The position numbers and the translations under genes are program-made. A model generated the notes under the pieces. That model was given only the letters and a program-made list of their open reading frames with translations. It had not been told where the DNA came from and made no database searches. DNA of 63,595 nucleotides, filler included, from Sphacelaria rigidula (Eukaryota): NCBI GenBank assembly GCA_964200075.2. It is 11 parts of 11 records of this genome, joined end to end, with 100 filler letters (N's around TTAATTAATTAA, not from the genome) between each part and the next. Parts side by side here need not be neighbours in the genome. Positions count along the whole stretch, not along the records: positions 34,746 to 40,435 come from CAXNAA020025223.1; positions 40,536 to 46,225 come from CAXNAA020025224.1; positions 46,326 to 52,015 come from CAXNAA020025225.1; 8 more parts are not named here. One strand, 5' to 3'. Below are positions 38,150-49,999 of the stretch, in pieces (position 1 is the first letter of the stretch; the number at the start of each line of letters is the position of its first letter).

Positions 38150-38830
38150 CCACATATACATGATGAAGACGTGGAAAACAGCCGATCATCAAATTCGAGG
38201 ATGGAGCTTTCATTGAAGATAAGAAAGCCCCGGAACGGCGCGCTCGACGTTTCCGTGTATACTTTGCCCCGAAGAGTCCCGTCCACAAAGGTCAACATAA
38301 CAGGATCAGTAAGGTGAGATTCGAATTCTTACGATCCAACCGAATCGCTCAAGTAGTTGTGTCATCCATACCTGATGGTCGGGATTATCTTTGACGTAAA
38401 TTCAGGTCACGACCTGAATTTCAATTTCAAACAAACAAAAGCGCCTTTCTAAACCCGGAGTTTAGGTTTGACCCATTACAAATGTGACCTTGTTTTTCAG
38501 CGGCCGATTTCAATACGCAAGAATAAGAACAGTCATGATCAGCGGCGCGTTGGGTTATACATTAGTGAAGAGGGGTCACGCCGGCTTTTCAGTTTCAGGG
38601 GTCCATCGGATCAAAATAAACTCGAGACTGCTTCAGGGCACCTTTGAGTTCTCCGGTGGGCTAAGGGATTTCTCTGTCAAATTCGCACTTTTACCCAGGG
38701 ACTACCGAAGTATTTTTGGTGAAGAAAGTATGGGGGCTTTCCGTGCGCCGCTCCGGCTTCCTCATCCTCAACGTAAAGCTCCATCGTCAGGTTTTCATGA
38801 TCGGCTGTTTGTGGTCGTCGCCATATTCGC
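38150..38830. mobile_element. Foldback element inside the intron between WSC exons A and B
   Basis: AACAGCCGATCAT..GATGGAGCTTT near 38180 is the reverse complement of AAAGCTCCATC..ATGATCGGCTGTT near 38775-38810. Confidence 0.6.
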
Positions 38831-38905
38831 AGCAGAAGTTCGAATCCCTTGCAAACAACCAGAAAGATTGAGGGCGAGATATCTTTCCGACGTTTGTCGC
38901 AACAG

Positions 38906-38962
38906 GTATGCGCCACCCACTGCTCCGCCTACGCCTTCTTCGGGACGCAGTACGGGACTGAG
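38906..38962 (+). CDS. WSC-domain protein exon B: VCATHCSAYAFFGTQYGTE
   Basis: caacag acceptor, GAG|gtgaga donor, 57 bp, phase 0. WSC core C...C...Y.FFG.QYG.E. Confidence 0.9.
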
Positions 38963-39221
38963 GTGAGAGACTTAGCTCGCTTGTCGAGCATCGCGAGTGG
39001 TTCTCAGCTGAACGGCTGTAGGTAGTGCCGCGGAAGCAGGTTTAGTGACATAGAACAGATCATTTTTAACGATACGGTTGGTGGAGTAACTCCCATATCG
39101 GCGCAGGGCGAACCCCTTATTCAGCATGTGCTTCTTCACCAGACTCTCCTCTTCCTGCCACTCTGATGTTTTCACGAGTCATCGAAGCGAAATTCCTAGT
39201 TACTGATGCCTTGTGGACCCC

Positions 39222-39500
39222 TGCGCCCCGGTGGTGTACCGGTCCGACTGACACCTTTAGGGTGGAGAGAACTCGGGCTCGATTTGCGCCAGACGCATTT
39301 GGGGCTTCTCGTCCGAGTATTTGATTTCCGCCATTGGACGCGTAAGAACGTAAGTAGACAAATATAGTCTGACTTAGCTAGTTATGACAGTTGACGGGGT
39401 AGCGGCACTACATACTATCCAATCCGCGACACAAAAATGCAAGGCAAGCACGTGGGACAGATTACTTGGTTTTTCGAGACCATGGACTCGCGCCGAGGAA
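39222..39500 (+). mobile_element. tRNA-derived SINE family 2, diverged copy in a WSC gene intron
   Basis: GCGCCCCGGTGGTGTA..GGTCCGACTG...AGGGTGGAGAGAAC; the body (ATCCAATCCGCGA..CAAAATG.AAGGCA) aligns with 45772-46030. Confidence 0.7.
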
Positions 39501-39651
39501 CGCAAGAGATGGATAATATGAGGAACAAAAACACATTGGCTCCTGCAATGTGGTACACGCTTTCGTCGCCGATCCGCTATATTTTTCACGTGTACGAATT
39601 TTGTAATTGCTGGAGCTTCTCTATACTGCTTGGATGCCTTTCACCCTATAG

Positions 39652-39963
39652 TGCTGGTGCGGAGGGAGCAACGTCGACTACACCATCAACGGCGAAGGCA
39701 CGTGCGACTATGCTTGCGCTGGGGATGATTCACTGATATGCGGCGGCTACTACACGTTCACCATCTACAGGGCGTCGACAGAAGCACCGACCCCGGCGCC
39801 TACCCCGCGGCCGACGCTGTACCCGGAGCCCGTTGGATGCTACACGGACAAGAAGAACGAGCGTGTTCTCACCAACATGTTGACAAGCGACGCGATGACT
39901 CCTCTTATATGCGCTGCCCACTGTTCCAATTACTCCTACTTCGGGACCCAATACGGAACCGAG
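39652..39963 (+). CDS. WSC-domain protein exon C: end of WSC1, PT-rich linker, start of WSC2
   Basis: ccctatag acceptor, GAG|gtgatt donor, 312 bp open frame absent from the ORF track: CWCGGSNVDYTINGEGTCDYACAGDDSLICGGYYTFTIYRASTEAPTPAPTPRPTLYPEPVGCYTDKKNERVLTNMLTSDAMTPLICAAHCSNYSYFGTQYGTE. Confidence 0.92.
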
Positions 39964-40087
39964 GTGATTGATACTCTCATCATTTCAACGTGCTATCACT
40001 ATTACAGCCCGCTCTTCCGCGGCCTGTGATTTCACCATCGTTTATGTGGGAAAAGTGGTGGTTGGCGATTGGATATTGTTGACACTG

Positions 40088-40343
40088 AGCAATGTTACGG
40101 CAGGGGTGCACGTTCTCCGCAAACTCTCGTCTGGTTCAGGGGCTCCTAGCAATTATATACGGACAAGAATATGGGTGAGGGCATCACCGTTTGCAAATGC
40201 ATTCGGGGTATATACCTAGCGAATTTGAATAGTAATCGTGGAGTATTCTCACAGGTTCCATAAGTCGTGTTTTGGATGAGACAAAGGGCTCCTGAGAATT
40301 CTAATCCTAGAAACAAATTGTGCACCCCTACCGTAGCATCACT
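40088..40343. mobile_element. MITE family B copy, opposite orientation to 22331-22587
   Basis: Right TIR TGCACCCCTACCGTAGCATCACT; the internal sequence is the reverse complement of the 22331 copy. Confidence 0.8.
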
Positions 40344-40568
40344 CCACCCCATACAATCGAGACGTGCTCCGTCTCGAAAGGGATGCGTGGTCAATGGTCA
40401 CACGACTAACGCAAGCAACAAATGAGTACGCCCCCNNNNNNNNNNNNNNNNNNNNNNNNNNNNNNNNNNNNNNNNNNNNTTAATTAATTAANNNNNNNNN
40501 NNNNNNNNNNNNNNNNNNNNNNNNNNNNNNNNNNNAGAAAAGAGAAAAGAAAGAGAAGCACGCCGACG

Positions 40569-40614
<46 letters not shown>

Positions 40615-40759
40615 AGGGGGGGAGAAGCACAGGCGAAACAAAAACGGACAAGAGAAAAAAGAACCACCAGGAACAAAAGATGAACAAATCAGAGATGGAA
40701 ACCAAACAAAATGCTCTACGTATCTGGTGTAGACTATGGTGAGTTGCTGTTGGTACTGT

Positions 40760-42175
40760 TGGTCCCAGGTGCTGTCGGTGCATCCTGGTCTGCAGCTTTC
40801 GCGTGCCGTATAACTCCTCTGGGTCATCCTTTTGGCACCAGACCGCCATGAACCTTTCTGCTCCCTGTTCAACACAGCTGTGCCACTCTACTGCATTCAA
40901 GGCTCTCGTAGCCCATCCCTGCCTCTGGAATGAATGGGGGAGACGAGTAACTCGGAATGGATACGTGTGGCAACATTAGACCGATACCGTAAGCGCAAAC
41001 GGTTGAACAGCGCTGGCAAGGAGAGTCGCCCTCCTCGGAGTGAAATTGACGGGGATCGAACCTCCACGACTGACTTTTGTGACGATTTATATACCGTACA
41101 GTCAGCGCTGACTGTACGGTAGTCTAATCGGTTGCCTATAAATCGTCACATTCCTCACCGTCGTCTCGATGCTTTCGCACCCTGTCCTCACGAGGGTCTC
41201 TCGGTTCGACAGAACGTGGTCTGTGCGATTGCGCTTGTGCCATCCAAGACAGCGCCTGAGCAACGCATGGTGGGCCGTGCGCAGTGTATTGTAGTGGCCG
41301 TTAAGAGGGTTGCATGTGACGCACCCGTACAGGAGCGCTCCGACAGCCTCAGCTTTGATCATACGGACCTTGAGGTGGACGGCCGCTTTTTGATTTCCAC
41401 CCAGAGGTCGCCACTCTCCGAAATTGACCCCCCCAGGTATACAAAGTTGCCTGTTTGTTTGTATACCTGGCTAGCCGCATTGATGTCGAGGTGCCCCGCC
41501 TATGAGTGCAGTTCCATGGTCTTCGTCTTCGCTTCCGACACGGTCAACCCGAACTCTCCGCAGATCGTCACAATCACAGTCACCATCTTTTCAAGGCTCG
41601 ATGATGTCCGCGAGACGATACAGGCGTCATCGGCGTACAGCATACTCCATAGGGACCGTTCCTCTTCCGCCGCGATTGCTGTGGCCACGTTTGGCTCGAC
41701 CCATGCTACGGCACATTCCTGATGGAAATCTCCCCTTTCGCGCTTTCGGACTCGCACCAGGTCCCCCGAGATGTCAGGGTCATCGCGGAAGACTGGCAGG
41801 GCCAGCGTGAGCACTGCCGTGAAGAAATGTTGAACAGCAGTGGTGCTAGGACGCATCCCTATCGGCGGAGGTCCTGGTCGATGTCGAACCATTCCGAGTA
41901 TTCCCCGTCGTTCGTGCGCACCCGAGCTTGCATGCCATCGTGGAATTGGAGGATGATCAAGAGCATGATGGGTGGGACGCCATAGCGTTTCAGGACTTTC
42001 CACAGCAACAGGCGGTCGACAGAATCGCATGCTTTCGTGAGGTCGACGGAACACATGTAGAGCGGGATCTGTCGTCTCCAGCCATGTTCCTGGAGTCGTC
42101 GGACGTTGAACATCATGTCGACGGTTGAGCGTCCGGGGCGGAAGCAGCACTACTCTTCAGGTAGAATTCCAATGC
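40760..42175 (-). mobile_element. RTE-clade non-LTR retrotransposon, degenerate RT and C-terminal region, with an insertion at about 40930-41150
   Basis: Motifs across frameshifts: FRPGRSTVDMMF, VDLTKACDSVDR, FHDGMQARV, LYADD, FGLTVSEAKTK, YLG, LLYGCVT, ESIETTVR, and the C-terminal EWHSCVEQGAERFMAVW. Confidence 0.9.
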
Positions 42176-42679
42176 CCTGTAGACTTCGGGCAACATTGTT
42201 ACCTTGGTTGGTACATGATTGCAGTGGAGAAAATGCATAGCAGGCATTTATTGGCTGGTTGACGGATAACGGGTCTGAGACTATGATCGGTGGGCTCCGT
42301 GATGTATGATGTTTGCATACGAGGTGTGCCGGTCACTTCTGGTTAACTAAGACAGTTGTTTGTATAACTGCTTGAGTCTTGAAGTCTCTGGAGCCCGTGA
42401 CAGGGAGGAAGCCTCTGAAGCAGCACTGTGACCTTGGCCTGATTTCAGACAAGCCTACAATAAACGTTTATTCAGGACACTTGTCGTTGTTGGATTGAGG
42501 TTTCTGAGGCCGCATCCTATAGTCACGTTGAAAAACAGGGGGGAGGGGGAGGGGAAACGGCGGAGAGAGAGGCGCTGGTGATAACCCGTGGTGATTGAAG
42601 TACAGAAGCGTATTGGAAGGATGGCAGCGCGCAGGAGGATGGAAGGAGTAGAGCCGAGAAGGTTCTGAGGTAGTGCTAG

Positions 42680-45650
42680 GGTGCGCATGGTAACTGGCGA
42701 AGAGTCACGATGAGGCAGTTTTCAATATACTCCTCTGTGCTCGATGAGGTGAACCTTGTATATTCCTGCTCACACAGACACGCGGCGGAGTTCTCTTTGT
42801 GCGGTTTGTGGGTACTGACGATAGGAGATGGTGATTGCTGCTGTTGGCGATAAAATGAGCAGTAACTACGAAATGCATAGGCTCGTATGTGCTGTAAACT
42901 ACTGTCACTCAAGATCAGATCGCCATGTGGACTCCCCCCATCACGGGCACATGGACTTCAGCAGCTTTAGCTATTTATGTGTTAACCCTCAGCATAGTAC
43001 AGGAGAACAGGACCATAGCCTCTCTCCACCAGAGTAGCAAACCCAGACTCTCTCGTCATCGAGGTCACCCATCACAGAGTCCGGCAATCAGACCCGCGAC
43101 TCCACCTCCACAATGTTCCCTACCTTAGGTAACAATATCATCGGTGCCTGATAATACCGTCGTTTTCCGCAAAGAATAGCAATCTCTTCCGCTGCTTTCG
43201 ACAGCAGCTCCATACAAGCTTACTCCACTTCCGAACAACTCGCAACAGATCCCAAGAAAATATCGCTCATCATGGACGTGCAATCACGCTATTTGCACCA
43301 CTCGAGTTGTTACAAAGCGATCGATAGCTAGCGCCAAATTCTCAAATCTTCACCCCAAACAAGTCTCTTGACTCTTCATTGGCACGAAACCAGATTTGTC
43401 AGCGAACGTCAATTTTCAGAGCATTCGCGACTCATCGTCCCTCTCATCCGAGGCAAGGTGCTTCTCAACATACAAAATGCACTCTTTGTACGTTCAACAC
43501 CTGCGCAACGGAGTGCAATAGCCAATGATACATCATCCTCACGCAAGAAGAAAATAAACACCGAACACGTCGAAAACGCACTTGACCTCTTGCTTCTGCA
43601 ACACCGTGAAAAACGTATGCATCGCATGCCTCCCCGCCGTCAAAGCTTCAATGCTTCAACTTGCCATCATTTCATTAAGACAATCAAAGGAAAGCCATGA
43701 CTCAAACCGCTTTTCAAGTCATGCATACTAATACAACGAAATGCAGCTCATGTCCCAACAGACTTGCAGGTCACCTGCATCACTCCCTGAGACAAACGGA
43801 CACTCCATCCATATAATCGTTCCAGACGGAAATGAAACATTCCATCAAAAGACGCTCCACAGCCAAAGATCACTCATCTTCAACCACAAGAGACACTCGC
43901 GTTTTCTTTGCGCACATACGAGCCAACGCATTTCGTAGTTACTTTGCTCATTTTCATGCTTACAGCAGCAATCCATATATCCTGCAGTCGGTACGCACAA
44001 ATCGCACAAATATGAATCGACGGTCTTCCTGCGCGAACAAAATTATACGAGCTTCTCTTTATTTAGCATACAGCAGGATATTGAAAACTGCCCCACCTTG
44101 GGTCGTCACCAAATACCATTCATATCAGCACCTCTCGAGCAACCATTTGCACATGCCTGCCGAAATTCCACTCAGCATATGAAAATTCGCACATGCATGC
44201 CAATATTTCACTCAGCACATGTAATGCCACCTTCCTCGCAGCAAACACCATTCATCGTCCGTGCCAACCAGATCAGCACAACACACACACACATCCCAAA
44301 TATCCACGTGTACGCCAGAGTTTCACCCTGCACACGCGATACGATCATACTCGCTCAACAACCATGCTTCATGCGCAAACATGACCACAAACCACAAAAT
44401 AACAAGCTGCAATCATTCTCAAAACGATTCGCGAAGACCAGTCATAATGTGTTTCCTCATTCTCAACAAGCTTTCAATCACCTCAGCACTTGCTCCTTAA
44501 CATCAGCACCCAAGTCGGCGCTCACCACAACAGCAAGAACCTCAGGTAATGTATTCTTTGCAGTCCTCCAGCCCGCTCCTGAGAAACAGCGGCACTCGAA
44601 ACATAACCCCGTGCACAGTAGAGAGCAGCGATTCCACTCGAACACTCGCTCCCCGCGCCATGAATCCGACTACAGCTCCTACCCTTGTGGAGCCACTTAG
44701 CTCGCCACTAAACGGTATATCCCCACCGCCAAACAAATACGACAAGCCTCCACGGGTACTTGGGCAATACTGAACACCTGTGCTTCAGTCACTTTTACAG
44801 AGGAAACCAGAGGCAAAACGGGAACAGCTACACAGTCCCGAACAGCAACACCTCCTGATGGCACACTATCCTCCTCAAACGTCCCGCGGCGCAACAGTGG
44901 AGACACCTCCACCATCGCCGCCAAATACGCCAAAGCTATTCATGCAGACAGCAATGCACACGACCACCCCAGCGCCACGCGACACTCGTCGTCGCCGTCA
45001 GAATTGTGATCGCTAGCAGCATCACGAGCTTGCAGCTCGCTCTGGGTACCCGCGTCACGCAGGTCACACGGCCCTGTTGTTTCGATCATGCAAGGCGTGT
45101 CCACAGCTACGCGCTGCTCCGGGGGTAATTCCGCTGACCCGGCATTCACCTGTCCTTCAAGCAGGCACCCCTGCGAATCATCTGAACGATCTCCCGCCAT
45201 GTCAGTGGCGCAGATAGATTGACCATGAGCACGGCAAGCTCCAAGCTCACCCTGCTCGCTCGCAACACGCAAATAACACCCCCCCGTAGGTTCGAGCGTG
45301 CAAGGAGTATCACCAGCTATGCGCTGGTCCGGCGGCAACAAGCAACTGGGATCTCCGCCCACCAGTACTTGCTCATTGGCCCATGTAGGCCTCGCCCTCT
45401 CAACATCGCCAACAGCAGCAGTAGTATCAACCATATTCGCTACAGCCGCCACCTCCTGCTCAGCGCACTCCTGAACGGCAACAGCGGCAGCTGAGCTGCC
45501 TGCAGCTGCTCGAGCTGCGTGACATATTCGTCTTCTCCAGCAGCAATGCCAGCAGTATCAAAACCAATGCTAATCATGGTACTATCGGCGGGCGCGCTCT
45601 CATGCCTACCCGCTTTGACAGACATATCTTTGTCTCGGCACAGTGGAAAC
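42680..45650 (-). mobile_element. Highly degenerate LINE-like debris (possible ORF1 with esterase-like motif plus ORF2 fragments)
   Basis: ORF 44940-45452 has an internal repeat. VVGFMARG at about 44670 resembles VVGDSM.R. LTFADK near 43400 resembles FADD. A Cys-containing segment at 43900-44130 has an inverted homolog at 42680-42900. All motifs are weak and out of canonical order. Confidence 0.35.
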
Positions 45651-45771
45651 ATCTGCCCTGTATCGTTGCTTCAGACGTGGACCACCAACTGCACGTTCGG
45701 TGGGTGCACTATCGTGCCTGTTCCCTCTGGCAGACACATGTTTCTCGGCTTTCACACTGAAATGTAGTACT

Positions 45772-46200
45772 GCCGCGCCCCGGTGGTGTAATGGTCCGAC
45801 TGTCGCCATTAGGGTGGAGAGAACGGGGTTCGATTCCCGAGGCGTTGGGTATTTTCTTCGAAATGTATGATTTTCACCGTGGGAAGCATGAGAACGTGGG
45901 TAAACAAAAGTAGTCGACTGGGTTTGTGCGACGTAAGTTGACGCGGTGCGGGAGTGCTGATCCAATCCGCGAAATCAAAATGAAAGGCACGTACCGGGGG
46001 AGAGATGGGTTGACACCTTGAGACCACGGACTCATCGCAAGGAAGGCGGGGGTTCAAAGTGTGAGGAAAATATATATTCATGCCCCCCCCCTGATGGCGC
46101 ATGCTTGCGCAAAGCGAAAAGGATTTGCTCGTTCTCAATATCATAATCAGGATCCAAGAACGCCTCACACAGACATTTCGCAATATGTTTCGGCATGAGG
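45772..46200 (+). mobile_element. tRNA-derived SINE family 2, longest copy
   Basis: A box GGTGGTGTAATGG, B box GGTTCGATTCC. The body is shared with 39222-39500 and 59230-59390, the head with 22931, 10250 and 56810. The 3' end is approximate. Confidence 0.8.
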
Positions 46201-46602
46201 TCAGAAACTGCTGCCACTTCAAAGANNNNNNNNNNNNNNNNNNNNNNNNNNNNNNNNNNNNNNNNNNNNTTAATTAATTAANNNNNNNNNNNNNNNNNNN
46301 NNNNNNNNNNNNNNNNNNNNNNNNNGCCCGCCCCCGCCCCTCCCCCCCCCCCGCCCCCCCTTTCTCCCCCCCCCCGTTTTTCCCGGCCCCTTGCCTTCCC
46401 CCCCCCCCCCCCCCCCCCCCCCCCCGAAGCCCTCGTGCTCGGCGGTGTTTCCGATTACAGACCCGCCCCGCATACCCCACAGCCTTTACAGTAGTGTTCG
46501 CCATGGTGTCAACATACTGTTGTACCTCCTCTTTCGGCCAATCCTATGCATTTTGCTTCTATCTTCGCCACATTTAGTCCATTTGTTGAACCCGCGGTCA
46601 CA

Positions 46603-46952
46603 GTGTATGTGTGCCTTGATGTTGTCGTCCCATCTATTCTGGACGCTGGTCTACACCTTTCGTTTTATGTGGCCGCACCGGCCGGGGACTCACAGGAGGA
46701 AGGGCAACACAGTTTTTTTTTAGTTCTCCGCCTTCCTTCTGCGGTACCCGCCTTTGTTTCTCATCGCGAGAGGAGTTTAGCAGTCCCTTTCCCTCGTCGA
46801 CCGTCAAGTCCAATTTTGTGTACCCACGATATAGTCGCTCCCCACGGTTGAGCATGGTGTGAGAAATATTCCCACATCGCTCCGAGATTTGAACCCACGA
46901 CCCTACAGTCAGAAGGCTTCGAGGTTACCGACTGAGCCACCGGGGCGACCGG
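46603..46952 (-). mobile_element. tRNA-derived SINE family 1 (about 350-375 bp)
   Basis: Minus-strand head CCGGTCGCCCCGGTGGCTCAGT.GGTAAC (A box) ... GGTTC.AATC (B box), tail GATGGGACGACAAC followed by CA-rich repeats. Confidence 0.88.
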
Positions 46953-47172
46953 TGTGATAATGCGAGAGTGCAAGGAGGATGTCATCATCATCCATACCTA
47001 CAGTTCAAGCAGCCCGCAGAAGAAGGCGGGAAACAGAACGCACACACGAAAAAAAGGACACTCTTTTAATGGCCCGGGTTTGATACTTGTGTTTTGAAAT
47101 CCCGTGCGATACCTCTCGACGGCATATTAGACCAAAATAATGGGAAATGTTGTTTTGCTTAATTTATTGAGG

Positions 47173-47358
47173 CCCTGTCTCAGCACATTGGTTTTCGATC
47201 GAAAAAGTGCGGTGGAAACAAAAATCCTGATCTGATAGGTCGTAATTTCAACCATCGTCGTCTACTTTGAAGATGGTTGAAATCATGACCAATCAGATCA
47301 GGATTCTTTTTTTCCACCGCACCTTTTCGATCGAAAACTCATGTGCTAAGACAGACCC
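47173..47358. mobile_element. Near-perfect 186-bp palindromic MITE
   Basis: About 85-bp arms: GTTTTCGATCGAAAA.GTGCGGTGGAAA..AATCCTGATCTGAT.GGTC / reverse complement. Confidence 0.85.
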
Positions 47359-47807
47359 TGAGTAGAGGACGTTTTCGTATAGTGAAAGACCATTTTTCAC
47401 GATAACGCCCCCACCGCTTTCTAAAAAAATATGAAGGCCCGCACTTTTTTGTCGGTATGCAACGATTCTCCATGCTGAGTTTCAAATCATGATATGAAAA
47501 AACGAGTTGCAAAAACAGAGATAAGGTGCCACAACAAAAATCACCATTTCTCCTTGAATCTCCCCAAGAAGGACCCAAATATAGAAAAAAAAAATCACGC
47601 AATTTCTTTGTTTCGGACTTTCGACTCTCCATACCAAATTCGAAAGCACAACTCTCAACAAGTGAGACACGGCATCAAGATGCGTATTTTATGCCTCTGC
47701 TCGTCGTACAGTGATTCAGTATGAAAACTCGAGTGCGCCATACGTCGAGATAGATAACGAATCAGGTGAACGTGAGGGTATCGATCGTTTGCCCGCTCTC
47801 CCAGGCC

Positions 47808-48183
47808 GTGTGTGTTGTGTGTGTTGTCGTCCCATCTATTCTGGACACCGGTCTACACGTTCTGGTATATGTGGACGCACCAGCCGGGGTCACAGAGGAT
47901 AAAAGGCAATACAGGAGTTTTTTTTCTTAGTTTGTTTGCTTTTACTTGTCCACCTTCCTTCTGCGGTGCTTGCCTTTATTTGTTATCGCGAGAGGGGTTC
48001 AGCAGTCCCCTTCCCTCGTTGACCGTTTGAAGTCGAATCTTGTGTACCCACGACGTAGTCGCTCTCCACGGTACTGTTGGGCATGGTGTGAGAAACAAAT
48101 CCCAGATCGCTCCGAGACTCGAACCAACAACCCAACCGTTAGGAGGGTTCGAGGTTACCAACTGAGCCACCGGGGTGACCGGC
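47808..48183 (-). mobile_element. tRNA-derived SINE family 1 copy
   Basis: Full-length match to the copies at 46603-46952 and 53689-54054. Confidence 0.88.
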
Positions 48184-49354
48184 TGGAACATACACACTAT
48201 AAGACGTCATCCGCTGTACATGTCGTTCAGGGTTTCATACACAGTAGACTTTAGTACAGGCGCTTTCTCCGTACGGCGCGACGAGCAAAATTCGGCCCAG
48301 ACTCTTGAGCGGATGGGCACCACCCCCTTCAAAAGACGATTAACACGATATGCGGATGACGGACCAAGTCGTCTGTATCGATGATATATTGTTGTGAGAA
48401 GTTGAACCCGTATGTAGGCTTGACCAGCCAGCTGGCAGAAAGTTTTGTCGGAGTTCGGCTCGTAAGGGTGCTTGTCATAGTGGGGAAAAAAGCACCGACG
48501 AGTATTGACTCGAGTACTCGACCTATTAATTTTTTCCACCAAGAGCAATAACTCGAGTGCTCGAGGACCTCCAAAAATGGCCCTGCTATTAAATCTTGTC
48601 TGCCGTCGTCCGCTCACTCGTTGCTGGTTCGCCAGCATCTTCCGAACAAGGGGGTGGCTCACGCGTCGATACAAAACGGCACTGTTTTTTAATGTAAATG
48701 TACTACCCGAGTAATATTCTCCGCTTCAGAAGAACTCTGCTGCTGCTGCTGTGTTGGAAATTCATACAGCCAGCAATCTAGCTGTTTATCTTCTGTGTGT
48801 GAGTTTTTACTCTGTAGCAAATGTTGCGGGACAATATGCTCGGGTTCAACTAGGAGTCACCCATTATTGACCAAGGGTTCAAGTACTGTTTTAATATGGA
48901 TACTTGGGATCAATATCCTGTCAGACTTGCCACGTAAGCTCGTAGAATAAGGCAGTGTGCTGCCATTGTTTGCGAGTGTCGTAGCTTGAGTAAGAATCCA
49001 GCCTGTGAGCTGGCAAACCAACACGTCAGAGTCATGGACGCGTTTTAGTCTACGTACGTGTAGAGCATTGTTTCTTGTTCCAAGGATTGAGCAATTGTAG
49101 TCGGTGGTTCTCACTGCCCTCTACAGTCACTCTCCTTCACTACCATCAGTTCTCCGTCCTGAGAGGAAACTGCGAGTGCTGCTTTTCTTGGCCAAATAAA
49201 GAGCCCAATCAACCATATGTCTCACTGATTTTATTCTGAAGCTGCGAAAGCAAGTGGTCTAATCAACCACGGTGCAACCTCTGTGTACTACTGCTCGCTG
49301 AACGGTAGTTGGCCTGTCGTAAGGACAGTGCTACGAACACGCATTGTTCGAACA

Positions 49355-49355
<1 letters not shown>

Positions 49356-49387
<32 letters not shown>

Positions 49388-49388
49388 G

Positions 49389-49425
<37 letters not shown>

Positions 49426-49435
49426 CGCGCGCGCG
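49356..49435. repeat. Compound microsatellite (CTG)n-(GT)n-(GC)n
   Basis: Read directly from the sequence. Confidence 0.95.
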
Positions 49436-49631
49436 ATGCCTGGATAAAATCAAAACGGTATTTGAAGCTTGAAGCTTGAAGCTTGTACATGTGCAGATAT
49501 GCAAATGTACTTGAAGGTTCTAGGTTCAAGGTCATCGAGCAGCTCATTCTAATTGTTTCCTCGTGGGATTGCTGACTCCTCGACTCAACCCGTGCACCAC
49601 GCGCAATGAGTCCTGTGCTCGCGTCAGTCAA

Positions 49632-49985
49632 TTATTTTTCCACGACGAGCAATGACTCGAATGCTCGCCCTATTCATTTTTTCCACCACGAGCAATGAAT
49701 CGAGTGCTCGCCCCGCTCATCTGTTCCACCACGACCAGTGACTCGAGTACTTTCCCCACCAACTTATTACATGACGTGCAATGACTCGAGTACTCACCCT
49801 ATTCATTTTCTCACAACGAGCAATGAGTCGAGTACTCGTCCTAATAATTTTCCACCACCAGCGATGACTTGAGTACTCACCCTATCAATATTTGCTACCG
49901 CGAGCAATGACTCGAGTACTTGACTTATCAGTTTTTTCCATCACGAGCAGTGACTCGAGCGCTCGAGAACCTCCCAAAATGACTG
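49632..49985. repeat. Eight tandem copies of an about 42-bp unit with core GCAATGACTCGAGTACTC (probable hAT subterminal repeats)
   Basis: Units counted by eye. Two more units at 48490-48585 end in ACCTCCAAAAATGGCCCTG, whose reverse complement starts CAGGG, a hAT-like terminus. Confidence 0.75.
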
Positions 49986-49999
49986 CGAGTGCCACGAGT

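Noticed and set aside
45772..45850. tRNA genes here and at 22931, 46880-46952, 48110-48183 and 53980-54054
   Set aside because: A and B boxes are present, but I could not fold a consistent cloverleaf and each head is fused to a repeated body, so these are SINE heads.
48857..49114. BED zinc-finger-like words (CS..GTRNN..LKRVH) as the N-terminus of the hAT remnant
   Set aside because: The match is weak and on the opposite strand to the putative dimerisation remnant.
49632..49985. CRISPR-like array
   Set aside because: The units are degenerate along their whole length, have no unique spacers and no cas genes, and the context is eukaryotic transposon DNA.
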